From: Candidatus Bathyarchaeum tardum
Lineage (GTDB): Archaea; Thermoproteota; Bathyarchaeia; Bathyarchaeales; Bathyarchaeaceae
Assembly (NCBI GenBank): GCA_024650005.2
Contig: CP122380.1
Coordinates: 2,016,001-2,080,000 of the forward strand
DNA: 64,000 nt
Direction of reading: 5' to 3'
The translations under genes were made by a program, and so were the position numbers. The notes below the pieces were generated by a model. That model saw nothing but the letters and a program-made list of their open reading frames with translations. It had not been told where the DNA came from and searched no databases. This document shows, piece after piece, positions 39,134-48,714 of this stretch. Numbering within the stretch: position 1 is the stretch's first letter; each line of letters begins with the position of its first letter.

Positions 39134-39841
39134 TTATTCTAAAATGATCCTTGCGTCAACAGTCTTGGCGCCTTTTTCATAAACCATGACAGGATTTAGG
39201 TCAAGTTCTCTTATTTCAGGGTAATCCATTACTAGCTTTGAAACATTTAACAAAATTTTTACTAAAGTATCAATGTCTGCAGGTGGTTGACCACGGCACC
39301 CTTGGAGAATTGGGTATGCTTTTATTTCAGTTACCATTTCTTGAGCGTCTGCTTCAACTAGTGGAGCAATCCTAAAGGAAACATCTTTCATGACTTCCAC
39401 GAAGGTTCCGCCAAAACCGAACATCAAAGTGGGTCCAAATTGTGCATCCTTAATGCACCCCACAATAACCTCAGTGGAGCTAGGCGCCATTTCTTGAATA
39501 AGTATACCATGAATTTTTGCGTCTGGTTTATGTTTCTTAACATTTTCTATTATTGTGTTATAGGCATTTTTTGCTTCTTCTTTACTGTTAATGTCAAGGA
39601 TTACACCGCCAACATCAAATTTGTGGATGACATCAGGAGAAATAATTTTTAGAACCACAGGATATCCAATCTGTGCAGAAAAATCTGCGGCTTCCTCCGC
39701 GTTTTGTGATACCTTTACTTTTGTAACTGGAATTCCGTATTCTTGACAAATAGCTTTTGCTTCGTATTCAAGAAGAAATTTTCGCCCTTCACTTTTGGCT
39801 TGCTCAAAGATCTTTGTAACTTTTTCCGACAATGTCAACAA
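39134..39841 (-). CDS. ADP-forming acyl-CoA synthetase beta subunit (ATP-grasp)
   Basis: GYPVVLKIISPD..HK.DVGGV, FGP.LMFG.GG, ELDLNP, VDARI. Confidence 0.93.
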   Translation of the reverse strand: MLTLSEKVTKIFEQAKSEGRKFLLEYEAKAICQEYGIPVTKVKVSQNAEEAADFSAQIGYPVVLKIISPDVIHKFDVGGVILDINSKEEAKNAYNTIIENVKKHKPDAKIHGILIQEMAPSSTEVIVGCIKDAQFGPTLMFGFGGTFVEVMKDVSFRIAPLVEADAQEMVTEIKAYPILQGCRGQPPADIDTLVKILLNVSKLVMDYPEIRELDLNPVMVYEKGAKTVDARIILE

Positions 39842-40020
39842 CCTTTTTGCCTATTTGGCTGCAGAAAGCTAGGTAAGCTTTTCCCCTTTCTAAAGTTTTC
39901 CCATATATTATGTTTACTATTATTGTTTGTAAAAATTTTTACTAAAAACCTTGATTCAATAATATGCTCTAGTCTCCGAAAATGTTGGATAACGTAATAA
40001 GTAAACAAAAAATTTGTTAA

Positions 40021-40221
40021 TTACCGTCCTCTTACTAAGAACAATAATAACCCTACCACTGCAACTACGAGACCAATTCCAACAAATAATCCAGCAAAAT
40101 TATTGATGGCACCAGTAGGGGGATCATATGAGATGTAAGCAATAGCTGCCCCGATAATTATGAGTACCAAACCAACTATTTTTGAGATTAATGTTAAACC
40201 AATGGGCACGTCTTCACTCAT
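40021..40221 (-). CDS. Small 2-TM membrane protein
   Basis: 66-aa hydrophobic ORF starting MSEDVPIG. Confidence 0.65.
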   Translation of the reverse strand: MSEDVPIGLTLISKIVGLVLIIIGAAIAYISYDPPTGAINNFAGLFVGIGLVVAVVGLLLFLVRGR

Positions 40222-40312
40222 TATAGACCCTTCAAGAGTAATGTTTACAGGTTCAAGGCGTATTTTAATATAATGGTAAGTCACGTTAAAAAATTGTATT
40301 TTAAAAACGATT

Positions 40313-40720
40313 TCAAACAACATTGTATTCTAAATTGTTTCCGTTTCTGTCAAGGACCACTATATGCTGTTCAGTTTGGTATGGAAAACCAGTTATCAAC
40401 ATTAGTTTACCATAAAAATGATTTAAATCAGTAGGTGAAGGACAAAGTACACCAGAAGGGTGAGAATGAGCAACACCAATGACTGAAAAATCAATTGGGA
40501 GTCTGCTCAATGGGAAACCCGAGAAGGTGTTTCCATGAGTGGCTAACGGCGGAATTTGGACATCATTGATTATTATTTTTTTTCGGTCAGTTTTTCCTTT
40601 TAGTAGAAGAATTGATTCTTTGGGATGACACATTTGAGCGTAACTCAATATGCTGTCAACAACGGTTTTTTCAATTAAAATTTCTTTGGTCAAAATTATC
40701 CCTTGCTTATATTCTGACAA
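40313..40720 (-). CDS. JAMM/MPN+ (Mov34) metalloprotease
   Basis: HPKE...HSHPSG...PS..D motif. Confidence 0.9.
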   Translation of the reverse strand: MSEYKQGIILTKEILIEKTVVDSILSYAQMCHPKESILLLKGKTDRKKIIINDVQIPPLATHGNTFSGFPLSRLPIDFSVIGVAHSHPSGVLCPSPTDLNHFYGKLMLITGFPYQTEQHIVVLDRNGNNLEYNVV

Positions 40721-40723
40721 GTA

Positions 40724-41071
40724 TTACACTTTGTTTATTGCTGTTTTGTATGCCTCTATGTAGTTTTGTGCGAATTTGTCAGCATATTTTTCTATGCCCC
40801 CGTGGGCGTTTGTTACTCGCTGGAGATGATGATAAAACTCGTGAAGAATTATGTGGGGGCTACACAGAACTTCTCTTCGTGCAACATGGATTGTTCTGTT
40901 TTTAGCAACATAACAAGCAGGATTTTTGGAGTAACGTTTCGGCATTCCAACTTTGAGTTTTGGCATTGCAACTTCATAATGGTCACTAAGTAATTTCAAG
41001 GCTTCATCTGCATCATTAGAAAGAATCAAATAAACGATTCTTGCTTGAAACAAACAATCGGCATCACACAT
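40724..41071 (-). CDS. Small HEXXH metallopeptidase-like protein
   Basis: ACY....TI, ILHEFYHH, E..AD.FA. Confidence 0.72.
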   Translation of the reverse strand: MCDADCLFQARIVYLILSNDADEALKLLSDHYEVAMPKLKVGMPKRYSKNPACYVAKNRTIHVARREVLCSPHIILHEFYHHLQRVTNAHGGIEKYADKFAQNYIEAYKTAINKV

Positions 41072-41194
41072 AATCTACATAGCACTCCCGTGACGTGTTG
41101 CAATAATTTTAGCGTATCGTACAAAAGTGTTTACATTAAATAAAGTATAACATAAAAAACAAAAAAATCTAAAGTTGTCACAATTTCAGTAAAA

Positions 41195-41277
41195 GAGAAA
41201 GTAGTACCCCAACCTAAAATAAAACTGAGCCATCAGGGGGAGATAAAGCTAGTTTTCGATTGGGGTACCACTCTCCC
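41195..41277 (-). ncRNA. Candidate small structured RNA (long hairpin)
   Basis: 20-bp uninterrupted stem on the minus strand with 4 G-U pairs, inner stems, C-rich loop; TTTATTA box ~20-25 nt upstream; U-tract downstream. Confidence 0.6.
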
Positions 41278-41520
41278 ACAATGAACATAAGTCAGTAATA
41301 AAGATTACTAAATTCCAATCAAAGATCACGTCATTAAACATAATAAATAAGTAATAATAAAACAAATATGTTAGAGTTTAGCACGTTTATAAAAAAAATA
41401 ATATTTTATAACATATCATTCGATCAATTTTAGAATGAGAGTAAAACACGTTAAAAACACGGATAAACAGCCCGTTAAACCGTTTACAAAAAACAACATT
41501 ACAAAAATATGTTAAAAATT

Positions 41521-42021
41521 TTAATTGGTTTTCTGTTTTTTATTTTCAGCTAAATACTCAAAAGAAAACGGTTTAGCAATACCAGATTTAATATCCACAA
41601 GAACAAAATACGCTTCAGATACGAAACCACTGCCTTCAAACCTGTTTTTAGAAAAAAACTTTTTGTATTCCGCATAATTTCTGTGCAAAGACAGGGTCAC
41701 AGCATCCATTCCCAACCCCTCGCAGCGTGCAGAAAAAATGATTTGGGGATTACGGTTAAGCCAATATTTTGTGCTTTTTTCAACATTTGCTAAATTATTC
41801 ATATTAAATTTGACAAACGAAAACGCCAAAATTTCATAGCCTATTTTAGTTAAATCTGGAATTGCAGAAAAATGGCTTATCACACCATCGCTAATCAGTT
41901 TTGCCCTCATTCGGGACACTGTTGGATGAGAAACACCAAGTATCTTGGCTAATTCTCTGTCGCTTCTGCTGGAATCCTTCAAGTATTCCAAAAGCAGACA
42001 ATAGAGCTTACTATTCATCAT
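41521..42021 (-). CDS. Lrp/AsnC family transcription regulator
   Basis: DSSRSDRELAKILGVSHPTVSR HTH; IPDL.KIGY. Confidence 0.9.
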   Translation of the reverse strand: MMNSKLYCLLLEYLKDSSRSDRELAKILGVSHPTVSRMRAKLISDGVISHFSAIPDLTKIGYEILAFSFVKFNMNNLANVEKSTKYWLNRNPQIIFSARCEGLGMDAVTLSLHRNYAEYKKFFSKNRFEGSGFVSEAYFVLVDIKSGIAKPFSFEYLAENKKQKTN

Positions 42022-42278
42022 TTACCCCTTTTCCCAACCCGTAAGCGTTCAGCCGTAAAGTGCATAGCGTGAAGTAAGATAACATATATTAATATTGTTT
42101 TTTCTAACATACTACAACAGAGCATAGCAAACAAAAAAGATAAAATAAAAATGAATGAATTTAATATAACAAAAATTACGGATAAAAGAAAAAAGTTATA
42201 ATAAAAAGCAACAGAAAATATTCTTGGAAATGAAAACCCAATTATTCGCGCAACAAATACTAAAAATTTAAAAGGGTT

Positions 42279-43376
42279 TTAATCAGCAGCCATTGCTTCC
42301 AGTTTTGTAGGCAAATATTCATCTACAATGTATGTTAAACCGTATCTACTGAAAGCTTCTTGTTCTGCTTTCTTTTTGATTTTTAGGAAAGTCTTTATTT
42401 CTCGTTTCCAGAGCTCGCCCTTATATCTTGGGTCTTTTTCGAGTTCATGAAGCCGTTTAATGTCCACATCAGTTAATGGATCCGTTGGCAACTTGTAATC
42501 CACAATATCAGTAGCGTATACTCCACCCCATTTCGCGTCAGGAGTAGTTAACCCCCTAAGATGAGCAGCGTTTGCAGACCCTGAAATGATTACCATAGCA
42601 ATATGCATCCCCCAGGGGTCACCATCAGTAAAGATGTAAACTGGAAGATCTAATTCTTGATTCAAACGATTAAGATAATGCCGAGTTGCTCGAGGAGCCT
42701 GACCGGCACACAAGACAAGAAGAGCATTGAATTTTTCGTGAACACGTTCTTCAATAAACCTAGTGAACAGACCACCTTTCTCGATGGCAATAACTTTGTC
42801 ACATTTATTTTGGGCAAACTCAGAGGAAACAACTGAGGGACCAAGCATTACACCGTCAGGATGAGAAGTCATGTTCAATTTTTTGCCCTCATACCCAGGA
42901 ACAGTATACTCAATAGTTAAATCACCAAACAGGGCAGAGCGCTCTTCAGGATACACATTAAAATCCTCTCGAGCAAAACCAGTTGCAGTTTCTAAGTCAG
43001 TAAGTATGTTATTGGATTCAGGCTGATCCTTGAAGGTCATCTCATAAGCTTGTGCAGAATAATACACATCCCTGAGGGTTGAAGTTTTTCTGTTTTTGAC
43101 AAGTTCACTAGCAAAAAAACCAGCCCAAACCATCTGGGTGAAAGGTTTAATGTGACGAATGTTTCTCGCATTCCGTTTAACATTTCGGTCCCCTAATATA
43201 TATTGGCGCTCATCAGGACTGTAGTAAATATTTTCCGTGGATCGACTAGGCATCTCAACTGAAGGAAACTGCCCTTTCTCAATCTGATCATAAAGCTCAC
43301 CACCAAAGTCTCTGAGGTCTTTGAGAACTTTTTCACTTCTCTTTTTCGATGAACTTTCAGTTTCCTTCTTCGTCAT
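42279..43376 (-). CDS. top6A: DNA topoisomerase VI subunit A
   Basis: STLRDVYY (catalytic Tyr), IEK, DGDPWG TOPRIM, KAEQEA. Confidence 0.96.
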   Translation of the reverse strand: MTKKETESSSKKRSEKVLKDLRDFGGELYDQIEKGQFPSVEMPSRSTENIYYSPDERQYILGDRNVKRNARNIRHIKPFTQMVWAGFFASELVKNRKTSTLRDVYYSAQAYEMTFKDQPESNNILTDLETATGFAREDFNVYPEERSALFGDLTIEYTVPGYEGKKLNMTSHPDGVMLGPSVVSSEFAQNKCDKVIAIEKGGLFTRFIEERVHEKFNALLVLCAGQAPRATRHYLNRLNQELDLPVYIFTDGDPWGMHIAMVIISGSANAAHLRGLTTPDAKWGGVYATDIVDYKLPTDPLTDVDIKRLHELEKDPRYKGELWKREIKTFLKIKKKAEQEAFSRYGLTYIVDEYLPTKLEAMAAD

Positions 43377-45114
43377 ATTTCCTCACACTCTTCAACAATA
43401 GCTCAATATTTGGTGTTTCACTTTTTTCGGCTAAATCAGCAGAAAATCTTGCTATCTTCGGCAAATACTTTGCGAAAACAGTCAAACGTTTCTTCTCTTT
43501 AGCTACATGTTCCCGCTTTGCTAAAAAGGTCTGCAAACGACGAGCAACCTCACGGATTCCGTTAAGAATTTCAGTTTTTACTTCGGGCCTATCCGCAATA
43601 AACTCCTTACCAACAGTCTTGTAAGGAACTTTAGTACTGCACAAATGAACCAAAATCGCAATAGGCATACCCGAAGCAACTTTGTATCGTCTCCAGTTTA
43701 TTGAACGAATTACACGAACTGAAACGTCGCTTGCTTCATCGTACAATAACGGAATTTTATTGGCAAAACGATAAACAACAATATCATCCTTTTTCGGAAT
43801 GTTCCCCCCATAAGCAATAGCCGTTTCGATAATGAAAGGATGCCCAGCATAAGTGGATGGTTTTCGTTGACTAACTGCAACAAAGTCTGGCTTTAGTTCT
43901 TTAAGAATTCCAGCCCTTAACAGGTCTTCACCCAATGGAGACAAACAACTTGCATCTGGAGGAAGAAAATCAGTATATTTTTTCATCATCCGAACAAGTT
44001 TTACAATTTCAGGGGGTTTTAGTTTCTTTGGATTTTTACTTCGCACCAAACCAGAAGATGCAAGCAAACGAAGAATTTTACTCCGGTCAATTTTAGGGAA
44101 AATATCTGACAAGAAATCAGCCATATTATGAGCCTTTGTTTTCTTCAACAAGGGGGTTAGTTTTTTTTCATCCAGTCTTCCAAAAAAGTTTCGATATTTC
44201 TGGGATTTATTGTTAGTTTCCACAAGTTGAGTTAGTAAATCAGGATTTAGTCGTTTAGGATCAGGGGTTCTTACGAATTCTGCAAAATCCAAAAAACTTA
44301 GAGATGTTCCCTGCCCAACTCGATGGAAATGTTTGCGCATGAAATCTATCAGGTTTTTTGAGGTAGTAACCCGAATAAGCCGCTGTAGAGTTTCAACATC
44401 TACACCATAAGGATGCGCCAAAGTTTCTGTGGGAGGAGGCGGCATCTTATTTGTGACCTTATTGAACATGTACAATCTGCCTTTAGGGTCAACAAATTTT
44501 ATGTCAGCATAAGGAGTCAACAAGGCAGTTTGTTTGAGGTACTCCAAAATCTTAGACATCGCACGGTAATAGTCGCCCTCAAGAGAATATTCAACTATGG
44601 TTCCGCGCCAATTTTCCTTGTTTCTTCGGGTCTTGCGGTCCATTATAACAGGGCGGTTTCTTTGGATGTCTATCATCATTTTAAATTCGTAAACTTTGTT
44701 GCCGCCAGTGCTAGACTTTATAATAACTGGTTTATGAGTAGTAATCTGCCCATACAGAATCGACATTTTTCCGCCCAAACCAAAAGTTCCACGGGCTTGC
44801 TTGAGTTTGTAGTTTGAGCCAAACAGAACTTGACCAAACGCAGATGGAATATGACGGGGAGCGATTCCAGACCCGTTGTCCATAACCATTAATCGGTACA
44901 CACCGTTTCCTGATTCAGTACTGGGCTGTCCTTCTTCTTCAGTCAGGCGCACATACACTTCAGGGGAGACGCTAATTTGGTCAGCAGAGTCCAGAGAGTT
45001 TTCTACAATTTCTCGGATAGAAACGAAAACTGCTCGGGAAGGATTTGTGAATCCAGCAATGTCTCGGTTACGGTAAAAGAAATCTGCAGGACTAATTTCT
45101 TGGAAGGTTACCAA
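43357..45114 (-). CDS. top6B: DNA topoisomerase VI subunit B
   Basis: EIVENSLD, DNGSG, RGTFGLG GHKL motifs; RFANKIPL, STKVPY transducer. Confidence 0.96.
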   Translation of the reverse strand: MVTFQEISPADFFYRNRDIAGFTNPSRAVFVSIREIVENSLDSADQISVSPEVYVRLTEEEGQPSTESGNGVYRLMVMDNGSGIAPRHIPSAFGQVLFGSNYKLKQARGTFGLGGKMSILYGQITTHKPVIIKSSTGGNKVYEFKMMIDIQRNRPVIMDRKTRRNKENWRGTIVEYSLEGDYYRAMSKILEYLKQTALLTPYADIKFVDPKGRLYMFNKVTNKMPPPPTETLAHPYGVDVETLQRLIRVTTSKNLIDFMRKHFHRVGQGTSLSFLDFAEFVRTPDPKRLNPDLLTQLVETNNKSQKYRNFFGRLDEKKLTPLLKKTKAHNMADFLSDIFPKIDRSKILRLLASSGLVRSKNPKKLKPPEIVKLVRMMKKYTDFLPPDASCLSPLGEDLLRAGILKELKPDFVAVSQRKPSTYAGHPFIIETAIAYGGNIPKKDDIVVYRFANKIPLLYDEASDVSVRVIRSINWRRYKVASGMPIAILVHLCSTKVPYKTVGKEFIADRPEVKTEILNGIREVARRLQTFLAKREHVAKEKKRLTVFAKYLPKIARFSADLAEKSETPNIELLLKSVRKYDEEGN

Positions 45115-45338
45115 AGTTGGTTTGCACCGTCCCGTGAAATTCTATGCTTTAGATGCTGCTTTTTCAGTGTGTTTGCATTGTACCCAAGGTCTTTTTGACT
45201 GGGAACCGCCTCAGAACGGCATTGCATGATATGTAGCAACATGACAGGGTCATTCTTAGTTTTGTATGATATGTATTTCAATGTTTTTGTAAAATTTAAA
45301 GATTCACAAATTTGTGCCGTTTTCAAATGAGTGAAAAC

Positions 45339-45917
45339 TTATTCCTTATGTGTTGGTTCCCACAGTTGCAGTCGCTGTTTTTTGAGTTCTCGGCGTTTCT
45401 TGTGCAAGAAACGATACACAGTTCCGTGAAGACTGCCACCAATCAACATATTTACTGCCTCCCGGGCAATAGAAGCCTGATCGGGGTATCCAATAATCGC
45501 AACCGTGTGACCATAAATTGAAATATTTGCTTCGCTTAATTCTTCAATTATTTTTCGGGTTTTGCCTTCTTTTCCAATTAATCTTCCTTTTAGTCGTTTC
45601 AAATCAGACGGAGACCTACCTATTATGTCGCGTAGATCAATAACTTCAAACATAATTTCTTCGTCGTCAAGCAAACGAAAAGCAGGTTCAGGTGCAAAAC
45701 CTCGACCAATGGCAATTACTACTTCTTTGGCGCGGAACAAAACTGTTGGGTCCTCTGACGTTACAGGAAGGGTTATCTGCACGGTTCCATTTTCGCTGTC
45801 CACATCCAACTTCACCTTAAGTTTTCGTTCAATGATATTTTTCACACAACCATCTGGACCAACAAGAGCACCAATCCGATTTCCTGGAATCTTAACATAA
45901 CTAGTAATTCCTTCCAC
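45339..45917 (-). CDS. KH-domain pre-rRNA processing protein (Dim2/Pno1)
   Basis: RIGALVG, AIGRGF, GRLIGKEGKTR, G..HGTVY. Confidence 0.93.
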   Translation of the reverse strand: MEGITSYVKIPGNRIGALVGPDGCVKNIIERKLKVKLDVDSENGTVQITLPVTSEDPTVLFRAKEVVIAIGRGFAPEPAFRLLDDEEIMFEVIDLRDIIGRSPSDLKRLKGRLIGKEGKTRKIIEELSEANISIYGHTVAIIGYPDQASIAREAVNMLIGGSLHGTVYRFLHKKRRELKKQRLQLWEPTHKE

Positions 45918-46698
45918 CTGTAACCCTCTCATACATTTTTTCCACTGATTGCACGGTTGAATCTAACCTTTTAAAGTATCTACGAATGTTTTCTAAATCC
46001 CGTCGCAGAAACTTGTCAGCTAGGGGATGACTGGTCAACACAGATTGGGCAACATCAAAAACCACAGGTTTTCCTTTCCACATCATGATGTTGTATTCAC
46101 TTAGGTCGGCATGCACTAATCCAGCTTTACTGTAAAGGCGTTTTAAATAAGTCATCAAAAGTTTGAAAACCTTTGCTGGATCTTCAAGTTCAGTTTCTTT
46201 CAACAGTGGCGCACGTTCACCATCCTTGCCAATAAATTCCATTATCAAAACGTTCTTTTGCACCGCAATTGGCTCGGGAACATTTACTTTTGCTTCATGG
46301 GCACGTTGCAAGTTCTTGTATTCTTTTTGCGCCCAAGTATAAATCAAAGAACGAGTGTCCCTACGAACATGTGCAAATCTTTGGTCACCTTCAATGTATG
46401 GAAGCATTCCTTTTTTGAATTCTGCTGAACTTGTAAGATAAATTTTGATTGCCAACTCGTTTCCTTGAGGGTCTTTACCCAAGTATATCCGAGCTTCTTT
46501 TCCAGCATTCACAACACCATGAATTTCATCAATTATTCCCTTGTTCATGAAATCGTAAATCGTCATTACTGTAGATTTGTCAAAAACTTCTTCAATTACT
46601 TGGTAGTCCTCGCTCCGCTTATTTTTCATCAACGAACCAATTTCGTATGCTCTTTGCTTACGGTCGAGCTTTCTATCCACTTTGTCTCTAAAAGTCAC
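45901..46698 (-). CDS. rio1: RIO1 family serine kinase
   Basis: GKEA, AIKIY, WAQKEY.NL, LVHADLSEYN, FDVAQ. Confidence 0.94.
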   Translation of the reverse strand: MTFRDKVDRKLDRKQRAYEIGSLMKNKRSEDYQVIEEVFDKSTVMTIYDFMNKGIIDEIHGVVNAGKEARIYLGKDPQGNELAIKIYLTSSAEFKKGMLPYIEGDQRFAHVRRDTRSLIYTWAQKEYKNLQRAHEAKVNVPEPIAVQKNVLIMEFIGKDGERAPLLKETELEDPAKVFKLLMTYLKRLYSKAGLVHADLSEYNIMMWKGKPVVFDVAQSVLTSHPLADKFLRRDLENIRRYFKRLDSTVQSVEKMYERVTGGRNY

Positions 46699-46825
46699 AA
46701 CAGACCTTCCTACACAGCAGTGTCAAACAAGCCCCTATTTAGGTTTCTATGCAATTAAAAAAACCTAAAAATACTCATTTGTCCAACAATATTATCGTTT
46801 AGTTATCCAGCAGGGTGATCCAAAG

Positions 46826-47179
46826 ATGAAGTATGTTAAAGCAGATGAAAAAGAATGGTTGAAACGCGCTGGTTACTCCAAAAAAGTTTTGCTTAGTGAA
46901 GAGGATTTGAATTCTAAAGGAAATCTTGTTCAAATAGTTAACAGCGAATCACATACTGAAATAAAGCCGCATTATCATAAACAAATGAAAGAAGTTTATC
47001 ATATCCTCAAAGGAAACGCAATTGTTTTTTGTGGAGATTCACGGGTTCGGGTTCAACCTCACGATACCATATTGTGTGAACCGGGAGAAATTCATGGGGT
47101 AGTTAATGATACCGATGAGTTGTTTCAAATTGTTGTTTTCAAAATGAATGCAAAAGACGACGACATCCATTGGGTTTAA
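46826..47179 (+). CDS. Cupin domain protein
   Basis: PHYH....E.Y.ILKG and PGEIHG..N. Confidence 0.88.
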   Translation: MKYVKADEKEWLKRAGYSKKVLLSEEDLNSKGNLVQIVNSESHTEIKPHYHKQMKEVYHILKGNAIVFCGDSRVRVQPHDTILCEPGEIHGVVNDTDELFQIVVFKMNAKDDDIHWV

Positions 47180-47182
47180 CAG

Positions 47183-47479
47183 TTAAATCTTGACTATTTG
47201 TGCGTGGGGCACGCCACAGATGTCAAGAACTGCTTCAGGATGAACTAGACCTTTTTCGATGGCCTTTTTTACGACATTAGGACCAACCAAGTTTACTACA
47301 GTTGATTCTTCCATCAAACTAACAGCGTCGTCCAAGGGAATTTTTGGACCTTTATAGAATTCTTCCCCAATTTTGAAAACAATTTTTCCGTCTTTTAGAA
47401 TCTGACCTAACAATTCCTCGTCACAGGCGGCAAGAAGCACATGTTCGCCACATTTGCTTAACTTTGCATAGACTTCCAA
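47183..47479 (-). CDS. DUF424 family protein
   Basis: LLAACDEELLG, FYKG, NLVG, GVPHAQ. Confidence 0.88.
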   Translation of the reverse strand: MEVYAKLSKCGEHVLLAACDEELLGQILKDGKIVFKIGEEFYKGPKIPLDDAVSLMEESTVVNLVGPNVVKKAIEKGLVHPEAVLDICGVPHAQIVKI

Positions 47480-47490
47480 GGTTAAGAACT

Positions 47491-47895
47491 CTACAAGGTT
47501 GATATTGATGATCTTGCTCCGCATGCTTCACAGACCAAAAACAGGAACCGTTTGTCCTTAACAATTTTTGTATCTGGACGGGTGCAAACTGGACAAACTA
47601 CGAATTCTTTGATGTATCTTTGAGTCAGGCGCTGAAAAGTATCAGGATAAAATTTTCCTTGAAAGATTGCTCGGTTTCTTTGCATTGTTGCTGCAGTAGC
47701 CATTTCTTTTGAAAAGAACTTGAGAACATGCCGGGGGTCACGATTCAATGCGTCACAAATTTCTTTAAAATTGGCGAGAATTGTTCGCATACCATTGATG
47801 AAGCTTCGAGGTTCGGGAACTTCAAACCGTTTGTGTTCACTTATGTCTGAAGGAAGCTGTGATTGAGCACGTTCAAGTAATTCTTTGTAATCCAT
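47491..47895 (-). CDS. eif2b: Translation initiation factor aIF2 beta
   Basis: YKELLERA, RFEVP, LNRDP.H, CPVC.RPDT...CEACGA. Confidence 0.95.
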   Translation of the reverse strand: MDYKELLERAQSQLPSDISEHKRFEVPEPRSFINGMRTILANFKEICDALNRDPRHVLKFFSKEMATAATMQRNRAIFQGKFYPDTFQRLTQRYIKEFVVCPVCTRPDTKIVKDKRFLFLVCEACGARSSISTL

Positions 47896-48037
47896 CCCTA
47901 ACGCCTACCCTACAGGAGATTTACGCCAAATAAAAGCCCTTCCCTTTTTTTGAAACAAAGAACCAACAAGTTTACCAATTGACCAGAACACATATTTGAG
48001 TTAACGAGTTTAATTTTAATGCATTCAGGGGATTGTA

Positions 48038-48289
48038 ATGGGTCTTTTCGACAGCGCTGTTTCCGTTTTATCAAGGATAGCTTTCAGGTTCGAGTTTTTG
48101 TTTCCGCAGTTTATTGGTTATCTTATTGGTAAAAAGTTGAAAGATTACAAAAAAAGTGGATTACTTGAAGATTATAAAATCAAATCCACCAGAAAGGGAA
48201 AGCACCATTACTTTTTTGATATGGACCTGTTTTTGAAAATTGATAAAGGGGGTGAACTATCGTGGTTGAAGAAAATAAAGGACACGTGA
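48038..48289 (+). CDS. Hypothetical protein, apparent paralog of 17218-17523
   Basis: GGGGA SD; shared motif pattern. Confidence 0.6.
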   Translation: MGLFDSAVSVLSRIAFRFEFLFPQFIGYLIGKKLKDYKKSGLLEDYKIKSTRKGKHHYFFDMDLFLKIDKGGELSWLKKIKDT

Positions 48290-48405
48290 AAGTAACTTTA
48301 GATGTCGAAATAAACGCTGCATTGATGGATATGATTAAAGAATGTATGAACAACATGCCTCAAGCAATACAGATGATTGCCGAACACCAGAAAAAGAAAG
48401 AGTGA
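48262..48405 (+). CDS. Small hypothetical protein (47 aa, below ORF-track cut-off)
   Basis: GGGGGTGA SD then GTG; MVEENKGHVKVTLDVEINAALMDMIKECMNNMPQAIQMIAEHQKKKE. Confidence 0.6.
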   Translation: MVEENKGHVKVTLDVEINAALMDMIKECMNNMPQAIQMIAEHQKKKE

Positions 48406-48571
48406 ACAAAAATTAGTGTAAAAACATTCTTGTAAGCTTTGAATTAGGGCACTTTGTAAAATTCTAAAACAAAAAAAGTTAGATGGCATCAGGTTTGGTC
48501 AAGTATCAGGTCTAAATGCAGAAAATCCTTAAATCTTAACTTGACAATCGGGTAATAAGAAAATTTACGGA

Positions 48572-48649
48572 GGGCCCGTAGCTCAGTTCGGTTAGAGCGC
48601 CAGGCTCATAACCTGGTGGTCGCTGGTTCAAATCCGGCCGGGCCCACCA
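48572..48649 (+). tRNA. tRNA with CAT anticodon, most likely tRNA-Ile2 (agmatidine type); CCA encoded
   Basis: Acceptor GGGCCCG/CGGGCCC + ACCA, typical of archaeal Ile; anticodon arm CCAGG-CTCATAA-CCTGG; lacks initiator A1-U72 and the three G-C pairs. Confidence 0.9.
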
Positions 48650-48714
48650 TAACAGTTTTGGTGGAAAAACGATTTACTCACCATTCTACAAAGTCAATTA
48701 AAGATGTGCAAACA

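Noticed and set aside
45108-45326. 72-aa ORF or C/D-box sRNA between the KH gene and top6B
   Set aside because: No recognisable protein features, and no proper RUGAUGA box to pair with the CUGA
48572-48714. tRNA-Met call, and the long N-terminus of the M24 peptidase from 48616
   Set aside because: Acceptor stem is Ile-type; the ORF extension overlaps the tRNA, so ATG 48715 is preferred
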